Below, in pieces: positions 9,262-17,144 of a DNA stretch of 25,044 bases (position 1 is the first letter of the stretch; the number at the start of each line of letters is the position of its first letter). The position numbers were made by a program, and so were the translations under genes. Under the pieces are notes generated by a model. It was not told where the DNA came from, ran no database searches, and saw only the letters and a list, made by a program, of their open reading frames with translations. Source of the stretch: an uncultured Caldisericota bacterium (GTDB taxonomy: Bacteria > Caldisericota > Caldisericia > UBA6126); assembly GCA_964565545.1 (NCBI GenBank), contig CAZMFK010000002.1:1-25044 (forward strand), read 5' to 3'.

Positions 9262-9945
9262 ATGTCTCTGTTTGATGTTATTGGGCCAATAATGATAGGC
9301 CCTTCCAGTTCTCACACAGCTGGAGCTGCTAAAATTGGTCTTCTTGCCAGACGTATATACCACCGTTCTATCAGCAAAGTATCCATCATTTTATATAATT
9401 CTTTTGCAGACACAGGACCTGGACATGGAACTATGCATGCTTTGGCAGGAGGATTATTAGGATTAGCAATGGATGATGAAAAAATACCATTGTCATTAGA
9501 AATTGCAAAAAACCTTGGAGTGGAATTTGTTTTTCATTTCAGAGAGGATCCGGAAAAACATCCTAATTATGTAACTTTAGAATTTTGGGAAGAAAATGAG
9601 ATTTCTCAAACCATCAGTGGTATATCTATTGGAGGAGGCCATGCAAGAATTATTGAAATTGATGGCAATAAGGTTGAGTTTTCAGGAAGACATGACATGC
9701 TAATCATGACATATAAAGATATTTGCGGCATGGTAGCTTTGGTGGGAGAGCTTTTAGCCAGACATCAGATCAATATAGCTTACATGCAAATATCAAGAGA
9801 TGCTAATCAGGAAAAAGCTTTGGCTGTTTTGAAACTTGATGCTTCCGTCCCTGATAATGTAATTGAAACTTTAAGAAAAAATGAAGCTGTGTTTAGTGTT
9901 GTTGCCATTCCTCGTTGGAAGGAGACCTTGGATGAATCTTCCTAA
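9262..9945 (+). CDS. sdaAB: L-serine dehydratase, iron-sulfur-dependent, beta subunit (C-terminal ACT-like domain)
   Basis: SLFDVIGPIMIGPSSSHTAGA, GHGT..AL.GGLLG, HPN, SIGGG; ACT-like D..GMVA.V..LL..HQINIAYM. Confidence 0.95.
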   Translation: MSLFDVIGPIMIGPSSSHTAGAAKIGLLARRIYHRSISKVSIILYNSFADTGPGHGTMHALAGGLLGLAMDDEKIPLSLEIAKNLGVEFVFHFREDPEKHPNYVTLEFWEENEISQTISGISIGGGHARIIEIDGNKVEFSGRHDMLIMTYKDICGMVALVGELLARHQINIAYMQISRDANQEKALAVLKLDASVPDNVIETLRKNEAVFSVVAIPRWKETLDESS

Positions 9946-10834
9946 AAGAATCCGTATAAAAGGATGGAATGACACATTAAATCAAATGAACAACTTTGGA
10001 TTTGAAGATGTTTTTCGTTTTTTTCTAAACTATGAGGCAAAGAACTCAGAAAATTCTTGCGATTATTTATTAAAAAAAATGCATTTTCATTGGAAAACAA
10101 TGAAAAACGCAATTACAAAAGGCCTTGAAAAGCCAAATATCACTACCAGCAAATTTATTCAGGGCGGTGCGTTTCACATGAAACAATTTGCCTTAAGTGG
10201 ACATTCTCTTCTTGATTCGTCATATTCCATCATGATATCAAGAATATTAGCTGTTGCTGAATTAAATGCCTGCATGGGCAAAATTGTTGCTGCCCCTACC
10301 GCTGGATCTTGCGGGATCATTCCTGGAGTATTATTATCAGTTGCAGAAAAACATAAAATATCTGAAAAAAACTTGGTGGAATCACTTTTTGTTGCTGGAG
10401 GAATTGGCGAAATAATTTCGATCCGGGCATCACTCTCTGGATCCACTCATGGTTGCCAAGCAGAAGTAGGATCTGCAAGCGCTATGGCTGCCGGAGCGTT
10501 AGTTTACATGATGGAGGGAAATTTAGAAATGATCGAAAGCGCAGCAGCTTTTGCATTAAAAAACATCTTAGGATTAGTTTGTGATCCCATAGCCGGAAGA
10601 GTTGAAATACCGTGCATCAAACGCAATGTCCTCGGAGGATGTAATGCTTTAGCCAGCGCAGAAATGGCATTAGCAGGAATAGCCACCAATATTCCTTTAG
10701 ACGAAGTTATTGATGCTATGGCATCTATTGGTAATCTTATTCCCTGCTCATTAAAAGAAACCTCTCAGGGAGGATTGGCGATTACTCCTTCAGCCCTGGT
10801 TCTTCAAAACCAAATAAAAGATTTGAAAGGATAA
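9932..10834 (+). CDS. sdaAA: L-serine dehydratase, iron-sulfur-dependent, alpha subunit
   Basis: ELNACMGKIVAAPTAGSCGIIPG, GCQAEVGSASAMAA, LGLVCDPIAGRVEIPCIKRN, DEVIDAM, LKETSQGGLA. Start moved from 9881 to ATG 9932, which has AAGGAG at 9919-9924 and overlaps the sdaAB stop. Confidence 0.95.
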   Translation: MNLPKRIRIKGWNDTLNQMNNFGFEDVFRFFLNYEAKNSENSCDYLLKKMHFHWKTMKNAITKGLEKPNITTSKFIQGGAFHMKQFALSGHSLLDSSYSIMISRILAVAELNACMGKIVAAPTAGSCGIIPGVLLSVAEKHKISEKNLVESLFVAGGIGEIISIRASLSGSTHGCQAEVGSASAMAAGALVYMMEGNLEMIESAAAFALKNILGLVCDPIAGRVEIPCIKRNVLGGCNALASAEMALAGIATNIPLDEVIDAMASIGNLIPCSLKETSQGGLAITPSALVLQNQIKDLKG

Positions 10835-10837
10835 ATA

Positions 10838-12037
10838 ATGGAAAGAAATGAATTCATTAAGCATTTTAAGATTCCGTCTAGCCTTGCAGGCCTTACGATG
10901 ACACAGGAAGAAGTCATTCAAAAAGGAATAATGTCTTCGAAAGACTGGAATGATATTTGTTTGCAATTCCCTGGAATCAACTTTAAAGGAATGCTTCCTT
11001 TAGGTTTTTCTCCAGAATATGTTTTTCGTAGAAATTTCACCCATTTGATTGCGATGAGAGAATTCATACAAAATGCACTGGACGAAACTGAAGAAGTTTA
11101 TGGTCAGCCCAAGGCTAAAACTTGGCAGGAAGGAAACACTCTTTGGATAGAAGATGATGGCAGAGGAGTCAGCCTTGATGCCTTTCGAATGGGCGGCGTA
11201 TCAAAAAAGCCATGGATGAGAGGATATTATGGAGAGGGGTTAAAACTTGCTGCTGCCCATCTGGTTGCACATCAGATTCCAGTTACCCTTTTTGCTGGAT
11301 TGGATGCTTACCATGTACTTCTATTTCCAAATGACCGGCAGGGATCATTTTTTGTGATGTTGGGAAGCACTGAGGTGCCAGTACATGGCACAAGAATTCA
11401 AATACAAAACACTCCATTGAATGTGGAGGAGCTTTTACCTTTGGTAAGATTTTGGAATCCTGTACTTTCAGAAAAAACAATTGCTGAAGAATGGTACGAA
11501 GACTCCTCAGACAATCCTCCCAAGCCCTCTTGTATTTTTGATTACCCCAACGAGCTTTATGTCCGAAATATGTATGTTGGAAAAATGAGCGAAGTAGCTA
11601 AAAGAGATGCTTTGCTTAGCTATGATCTTTGGTGGTTCCGCTTGGATGTTACAAGAACACTTATGACATCTACCGTTCCTTTGCTTTTTCAAGAAATCAG
11701 CAAAGTCCTTTCAAGGTCTCTCCCTGCTCGTCAGCTATTTGTCAAAAAGATCCATGAAGCTGGTATGCTAAAAATCTCTGAAAGACTCGCTATTCCTTGC
11801 ATTGAATTTAATCCAATTTTTGCCACAGTAGAGGGGCATCTCTTTGTGTATGCCTGTCCAAAGGGCATGATTGATGCATTTATTGATGAGTTGGGATTAA
11901 AAAATAGTCAACACTTGATCCGAAGAGTCAAAGACGACGACGAAGCACGACTAGCTCATCAGCAAGGATTTATTCCAATGCAATTGCATTACGAGTTGAC
12001 CGAGGAACTGGATGTTATCCCCCCTTTCCAGCCATAA
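10838..12037 (+). CDS. Stand-alone GHKL (Bergerat-fold) ATPase of unknown function
   Basis: N-box MREFIQNALDE, G1 IEDDGRGV, G2 RGYYGEGLKLA, G3 HGTRIQI; no histidine-kinase H-box recognised. Confidence 0.8.
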   Translation: MERNEFIKHFKIPSSLAGLTMTQEEVIQKGIMSSKDWNDICLQFPGINFKGMLPLGFSPEYVFRRNFTHLIAMREFIQNALDETEEVYGQPKAKTWQEGNTLWIEDDGRGVSLDAFRMGGVSKKPWMRGYYGEGLKLAAAHLVAHQIPVTLFAGLDAYHVLLFPNDRQGSFFVMLGSTEVPVHGTRIQIQNTPLNVEELLPLVRFWNPVLSEKTIAEEWYEDSSDNPPKPSCIFDYPNELYVRNMYVGKMSEVAKRDALLSYDLWWFRLDVTRTLMTSTVPLLFQEISKVLSRSLPARQLFVKKIHEAGMLKISERLAIPCIEFNPIFATVEGHLFVYACPKGMIDAFIDELGLKNSQHLIRRVKDDDEARLAHQQGFIPMQLHYELTEELDVIPPFQP

Positions 12038-12599
12038 TTCAAATATAGCTCCTCTTCATCAAAAATCTTCTCCCAATCTTACCTGGTGGCTAAGAATTGC
12101 ACTTATGGTGTCATTATTGTCAGTTAGTTCCTGGATTGCTATACCCTTGCCTTTTAGTCCGGTGCCTTTGACTTTGCAAACCGTCATTGTTTTGATGATC
12201 CCTTTCGTACTGGATACACCTGGCGCTATAACAGCAGTATTCATTTATCTGCTGATGGGTGCTTTGGGTTTACCTGTTTTTGCAAAATTGCAGAGCGGTG
12301 TGCATTACATGGTTGGTCCTACGGGAGGATATCTTGTAGGTTTTTTCTTTGCTATGCCTGTCATGGGCTTTTTTGCAAAAAAAAATACAAGTCTTTCTAT
12401 TTTGATCGGATTATTTACAATCTATGCTTTTGGCATGACTTATCTCCATTTTTGGGTGGGACAGACTGTGAGTCAAACCATTTTGCAAGGTTTTGTGGTT
12501 TTCTTTCCCCTGGATGTCTTTAAAGCAATATGGGTGCGTTGGTTGATTAGCAAATACAGAAAGGTACTAAGCATGGAAAACAATCTTAATAAAGAATAA
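12012..12599 (+). CDS. bioY: Biotin ECF transporter S-component BioY
   Basis: IPLPFSPVPLTLQT, IYLLMGALGLPVFA, GPTGGYLVGF; hydrophobic throughout; GAGGA SD at 12002-12006. Confidence 0.93.
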   Translation: MLSPLSSHNSNIAPLHQKSSPNLTWWLRIALMVSLLSVSSWIAIPLPFSPVPLTLQTVIVLMIPFVLDTPGAITAVFIYLLMGALGLPVFAKLQSGVHYMVGPTGGYLVGFFFAMPVMGFFAKKNTSLSILIGLFTIYAFGMTYLHFWVGQTVSQTILQGFVVFFPLDVFKAIWVRWLISKYRKVLSMENNLNKE

Positions 12600-12623
12600 T
12601 AAATATTTCGTCCTATAAAAATC

Positions 12624-13766
12624 TTATTCAGCTTTTCTTCCAATGATAAAGTTGAAAAAAGGTGCTCTTGCCAATAATCCTTCAAAGATAAAGCTCAACG
12701 ATAGCACAGCGATAAATAGAAGAATATAAAAAAGTACAGACGAAGGAACGACACCTGTTAAAATCAATAAATGGTAGCATATTATTAAAATACCAGCATG
12801 AATGAGATAAATACCAAACGACCTATTCCCCAGAATAGTCAGCACATAAAATAATAGATTAGCTCTTGAAGAAAAAATTAAAGAAATCTTTAAGCATATA
12901 ATGATTAAGCTACCATAAAGTAAAGGGAAAAAAATCTTCTCCCCCAAACGAAATGTTTCTGTTATATTGTTGAAAGAACCATATATGCCAATACCTACCA
13001 CCCAAGACTGGCTAACAAAAAGTAATGAAAAAGCTGCAAAAACTGCAAAAGGCCATAAAGGTAGCTTTTCTAAAAAACCCAATTGCCGATCTTTATAATA
13101 TTTAACACCCATATAAACGCCTAAAACAAAAAAGAATATATAAGAGAAAAACGATCGAGAAGCTAGAAGAATTAGAGATGAATAACCAGAAAAGCCTAAA
13201 AGATTATCAGAGAGAAAGGTGGGAACATTGATATGCCATAAGGTCTGAATTATTATAAAGAGAATAAACCATTTCCAGGGATTACGGAGTACTTTTTCCT
13301 GTAAACAGTAACGTGAAAAAAATGGAAAGATAAGGTAAAACTGAAAAATCAAAAAAACAAACCATAAATGGCCATAAGAAGAACCTGTCATTATTTTGAA
13401 AAGAATAATTCTAAAACCGGGAAACTGCCAGCTCCATTGATCAATGCTAAAAGAAGAAAAAACCAAATAAGCCAACGAAGAAACCAGATAGGCTGGAAGA
13501 ACAGAGCTTATTCTTTTTTTATAATATTTGGTCCAGGAAGTTGCGTGAGGATAATTAAATGCCAGCACAAAGCCTGATATCCATATAAACAACGGAACAG
13601 CAAGAACAAAAAGAACAGATCCAAAAGTTAAGAAAGGCAAAAGTGGATGAGCTGGCTTTAAGGATGTAAAAAAACTAAGGGTATGAACCCCTACAACACA
13701 GAGAAGTGCAAATCCACGCAAACTCTGAATAAATGCCAGGGATCGTCCGGCATTGCTTTCTTTCAT
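12624..13766 (-). CDS. Acyltransferase family 3 membrane protein (probable glycan O-acetyltransferase)
   Basis: LRGFALLCVVGVH, AVPLFIWISGFVL, KKRISSVLPAY, HLWFVFLIFQFYLIFP, LGNRSFGIYLIH; many TM segments; no SGNH domain. Confidence 0.9.
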   Translation of the reverse strand: MKESNAGRSLAFIQSLRGFALLCVVGVHTLSFFTSLKPAHPLLPFLTFGSVLFVLAVPLFIWISGFVLAFNYPHATSWTKYYKKRISSVLPAYLVSSLAYLVFSSFSIDQWSWQFPGFRIILFKIMTGSSYGHLWFVFLIFQFYLIFPFFSRYCLQEKVLRNPWKWFILFIIIQTLWHINVPTFLSDNLLGFSGYSSLILLASRSFFSYIFFFVLGVYMGVKYYKDRQLGFLEKLPLWPFAVFAAFSLLFVSQSWVVGIGIYGSFNNITETFRLGEKIFFPLLYGSLIIICLKISLIFSSRANLLFYVLTILGNRSFGIYLIHAGILIICYHLLILTGVVPSSVLFYILLFIAVLSLSFIFEGLLARAPFFNFIIGRKAE

Positions 13767-13783
13767 TAATAAAAAAGCTTAAT

Positions 13784-14152
13784 TTATCCGCAAGCCTCAT
13801 TGCAGCAACATTCTTCGTTGCACTCTTCTTCCCAGTCTTCTTCGTCTTCTTCCATATCTTCATAAACTACACAATAACCCGATGCTGTTTGAAAAACCTG
13901 AAAACAATCCTCTTCTTCGCTTGCAATATCATGCAGATACATTGAAAAATCAATATAATCCACCCAATCTGGCGCTTGATCTTCGACCACTTCGTAAACT
14001 GCATCCATATAGTTTTTTAAAGTAGATGTTACTGGATTTTCAATTTGTTCATGAACACTTTCTAAAACTGCATCCATTTCATCAGAAGTTGATTCACGTT
14101 CAAGTTCAGATAAAGCTTCTCTGATATCATCATAACTTGTTAATCTTTTCAT
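13784..14152 (-). CDS. Small, extremely acidic hypothetical protein with Cys-rich C-terminus
   Basis: 122-aa ORF with AAGGAG SD; about 38 D/E versus 5 K/R; 7 Cys, tail ECNEECCCNEACG. Confidence 0.8.
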   Translation of the reverse strand: MKRLTSYDDIREALSELERESTSDEMDAVLESVHEQIENPVTSTLKNYMDAVYEVVEDQAPDWVDYIDFSMYLHDIASEEEDCFQVFQTASGYCVVYEDMEEDEEDWEEECNEECCCNEACG

Positions 14153-14275
14153 ATTAACTCCTTTTAGGTAGGATTTTCTTTAAGTAGTATACCGCAAGAA
14201 TGCTAAAAATGGATTAATTTTTTATTAAATGTTTAGCTTTCTATGAAATTTAACCAAAAAATGTATAAAAAGGTA

Positions 14276-14304
14276 TTGCATTTTTGAAAATCTTGCATGA
14301 TAAT
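14276..14304 (+). promoter_or_regulatory. sigma70-type promoter for the RRM gene
   Basis: TTGCAT (14276-14281), 17-bp spacer, GATAAT (14299-14304). Confidence 0.6.
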
Positions 14305-14396
14305 TTTAATGTTATTAGCGTGCGGCTTGTTGGTGCGAGTTTTTTGGTGTCCAACATGTTCGGCCTAGTGATAATTTTTAGCATGTTGGAGGAAAC

Positions 14397-14693
14397 ATGA
14401 ATATTTATGTTAGCAATTTGTCGTACGACACCACCGAAGAAGAATTAAGAGACCTTTTCAGCCAATACGGCGAAATCACTTCTCTTAATATCATTAAAGA
14501 CAAATTCACCAATCGTTCCCGTGGCTTTGGCTTCGTGGAAATGCCCGATCAAACTCAGGCTGAAGCAGCAATCCAGGCTACCAATGGAAAAGATTTTGGT
14601 GGACGCAATCTTAATGTTGCAGCTGCTCGTCCCCGAACCGAAGGAAACAGTCGCCCCCGCACAGGCGAACGCACCAATCGTAAAGTTTGGTAG
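14397..14693 (+). CDS. Single-RRM RNA-binding protein
   Basis: RNP2 IYVSNL, RNP1 RGFGFVEM, GRNLNVAAARPR, Arg-rich tail; GGAGG SD at 14388-14392. Confidence 0.96.
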   Translation: MNIYVSNLSYDTTEEELRDLFSQYGEITSLNIIKDKFTNRSRGFGFVEMPDQTQAEAAIQATNGKDFGGRNLNVAAARPRTEGNSRPRTGERTNRKVW

Positions 14694-14714
14694 TTTCTGC
14701 TTAACAAAAACCCT

Positions 14715-14750
14715 AAGCCCTGACCAAAAAGTCAGGGCTTTTTTATTATT
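14715..14750 (+). terminator. Rho-independent terminator after the RRM gene
   Basis: Stem AAGCCCTGAC / GTCAGGGCTT (14715-14724 / 14731-14740), 6-nt loop, followed by a T-rich tract. Confidence 0.9.
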
Positions 14751-14786
14751 CTTTATGTTCAAAAAAAACATTTTTAATACCAACTT

Positions 14787-15227
14787 ATGAGTATTTGGAT
14801 GGTTTTACTTCTTGCTATGACTCCTTTAGGAGAGCTACGTGTGTCAATTCCATTTGGAATAGGCTTACATCAGATGCATTGGTTGTTGGTCTTTTTTCTT
14901 TCTGTGATTGGCAATATGATTCCGCCACTTTTGATTATTGGCTTATTTGACCGAGTGCCTTTTTTAAGAAATTGGAAGATTTTTACGCATCATCCACAAA
15001 AAAAGCAACAATGGATTCAAAAGTATGGATGGATAGGCCTGGTTATTTTAGTTGCTATCCCTTTGCCAGGAACAGGAGCATGGACAGGATCACTGTTAGC
15101 ATGGATCCTTCGTTTGCCAAAAATACCTTCTTTGATGATGGTTTTTTTAGGTGTTTGTATTGCAGGTGCTTTAGTAACAATGGCGAGTCTTGGCTTCATT
15201 CATCTTACAAGCGTACCATCACCTTAA
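14787..15227 (+). CDS. Small multi-drug-export-like membrane protein (COG2426 type)
   Basis: MTPLGELRVSIPFG, GNMIP, LVAIPLPGTGAWTG motifs. Confidence 0.85.
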   Translation: MSIWMVLLLAMTPLGELRVSIPFGIGLHQMHWLLVFFLSVIGNMIPPLLIIGLFDRVPFLRNWKIFTHHPQKKQQWIQKYGWIGLVILVAIPLPGTGAWTGSLLAWILRLPKIPSLMMVFLGVCIAGALVTMASLGFIHLTSVPSP

Positions 15228-15232
15228 TAAAA

Positions 15233-15679
15233 TTAAGGGATCCAAATATAAGACAGCAGAGCAATTCCAATTCCCAGGATAAATCCTGCAATAACTTCCA
15301 AAACGGTATGTCCAACTAGTTCTTCAAGAGTTTCAAAGTTAAACCACTCTTTCAGACGCAACATTTCAAGAATATCATTTAAGGTTTTTGAATGGCGACC
15401 TACTTCCTGCCTGACACCTGTAGCATCGAATATCACAATAATGCTAAATACCGCACTTATAGCAAAAAACGGAGATCCAAAACCAAAATCCCTGCCTATC
15501 CTGGTTAGCAATGCCATTACTGTAGCTGTGTGCGAGCTGGGAAATCCTCCGTTGCTGAAAAACAACTCTAAATCCCATTCCTTTTTTCTGATAAAATGAA
15601 TTGGCACCTTCAGTATCTGTGCAATAATTCCACTTATTAAAGAAATAAGAAGGATGTGATTCTGAAATAATTCTTTCAT
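15233..15679 (-). CDS. Divergent PAP2 / DUF212 (YuiD-like) membrane protein
   Basis: AQILK, GGFPSSHTA, FDATGVRQEVG, LEELVGHT..EVIAG. Confidence 0.9.
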   Translation of the reverse strand: MKELFQNHILLISLISGIIAQILKVPIHFIRKKEWDLELFFSNGGFPSSHTATVMALLTRIGRDFGFGSPFFAISAVFSIIVIFDATGVRQEVGRHSKTLNDILEMLRLKEWFNFETLEELVGHTVLEVIAGFILGIGIALLSYIWIP

Positions 15680-15680
15680 G

Positions 15681-16295
15681 TTAGCTGATTATTTGTATAA
15701 AAGCATAAAAAAAACGAAGCATTAACAATAGGGAAATAAACAAGAAAAAAAAACCATACCAGGAAAATTGCGGGTAAGGTTCCATTCTTTTTATCTGTTG
15801 TAAAGCATATTTTTTTGCCATTAATAATGTTTTTATGCCTTTAGTGCTGTACCAAACACTATAACTCATTGACGAATGATACCAGCTTTGTATCTTTTGT
15901 GGATCCTCCGAGTCAATACGACCTTTTGCAACATTAATTTTATATGGCAATCCTGCTGTTTTTAAAAAATCAATAACCAGATTTCGATAATTATTTTCAG
16001 ATAAATGAAAAATAAAAAACTCTCGGGTCATTTTTGGAATCAAACTGATGAAAAAAACTGTTCCCAGGTAGAACAACCAAATTTTCCACGAAGACATAAG
16101 GTTTGTTGGAATAAATCCTTTGGACGCCAACAAATCTTGATAGACAAGCAACAATAATCCAAGCATCAGCATAGAGCAATATATGGCGCTGCTAAGAACT
16201 AAGGGCTTTTTAGTAATCAGGAGTCGAAAGGAAAGTTTCCCATAAAACACCACCAAAACAAAGCACAGGAAAAGATCAATCCACCAGATCGTCAT
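15681..16295 (-). CDS. Hypothetical membrane protein, 204 aa
   Basis: About three N-terminal and one C-terminal hydrophobic segments; overlaps the DUF169 stop and abuts the DUF212 start. Confidence 0.7.
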   Translation of the reverse strand: MTIWWIDLFLCFVLVVFYGKLSFRLLITKKPLVLSSAIYCSMLMLGLLLLVYQDLLASKGFIPTNLMSSWKIWLFYLGTVFFISLIPKMTREFFIFHLSENNYRNLVIDFLKTAGLPYKINVAKGRIDSEDPQKIQSWYHSSMSYSVWYSTKGIKTLLMAKKYALQQIKRMEPYPQFSWYGFFFLFISLLLMLRFFYAFIQIIS

Positions 16296-17031
16296 CTTGA
16301 AGGGTATATGCTGGTGGCATGACTGGCACCCAGTTCATGGCAGGCGCAACAGGATAAAGCTGAGGATTTGTTTTTGCTTTGGTCTTTAGGTTTTCAATTA
16401 ATGGGGAAAGTAGGGAAATAGGGAAAGCAATAAGTAATTCATGGCTTTGGGTACCTGCAAAACGCCGATCTCCTGCACAAGGAAAACCTATGATTGGTTT
16501 TTTTTCACCCAATGTATACCCCATGCTAGAGCATAAAGCTGCTTCAGCTACGGTATCTGCAGTTATTTTATTCCCGTTATCATATGTAAATGCATGAATA
16601 AAAGGTAATATTTGAGCAGGATTAAGGTATATGACTACTATGTCAGGGTCTTCCATAGAAGCCAAAGGACCCGTGACCATAATATCAAAAATCCGCCCAT
16701 TATCTCCCAGCTTATAAGTATTTTTAATAAACTGTTTTCCGTTTTCAGCGTTGTTGGTATATTTTCCAACCACTGCTTCTCCACTGGTAAACCTTTCAGG
16801 GGTTTTGATCATTCCTAAACAAGCTGCTCCAAGGGAACATATCATTTGATCGGCTGTTTGTGCTACAGTAACACCCTGATACCTGCTCATAGATACCATT
16901 TGGCATATATTAGTTTTGTTTTTTAATAAAGACCCTTTCCATTCTTGTCTATGTGCATAAAGTTTTATTCCAACGGGATGAGTATCAAGATGGACAATCT
17001 CTCTAAGATATGCAGCACTTTCTTTAATCAT
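16276..17031 (-). CDS. DUF169-family protein
   Basis: PVGIK, ICQMV..SR, CSLGAACLG, PDIVVIYLNPAQ, PCAGDRRFAG...ELLIAFP; AGGAG SD. Confidence 0.85.
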   Translation of the reverse strand: MIKESAAYLREIVHLDTHPVGIKLYAHRQEWKGSLLKNKTNICQMVSMSRYQGVTVAQTADQMICSLGAACLGMIKTPERFTSGEAVVGKYTNNAENGKQFIKNTYKLGDNGRIFDIMVTGPLASMEDPDIVVIYLNPAQILPFIHAFTYDNGNKITADTVAEAALCSSMGYTLGEKKPIIGFPCAGDRRFAGTQSHELLIAFPISLLSPLIENLKTKAKTNPQLYPVAPAMNWVPVMPPAYTLQDDDLVD

Positions 17032-17144
17032 GCATTACTCCTGAAATTATTTTCATTAATCTACCTGAACCAGATTCCTGATTACTCATTTTAGTTTATT
17101 CTGGGAAAATTGTAAAATATAGTAAAAAAGATGGAATTCCGAAA

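Noticed and set aside
9881-9931. Tracked upstream start for sdaAA
   Set aside because: It would overlap sdaAB by 65 nt; ATG 9932 has a good SD and a normal overlap.
10838-12037. GHKL protein as TopoVI-B, MutL, HtpG or a histidine kinase
   Set aside because: Too short and lacking class-specific motifs, partner subunit or H-box.
14445-14790. ORFs 14445-14783 (-) and 14521-14790 (+)
   Set aside because: They overlap the clear RRM gene and cross its terminator.
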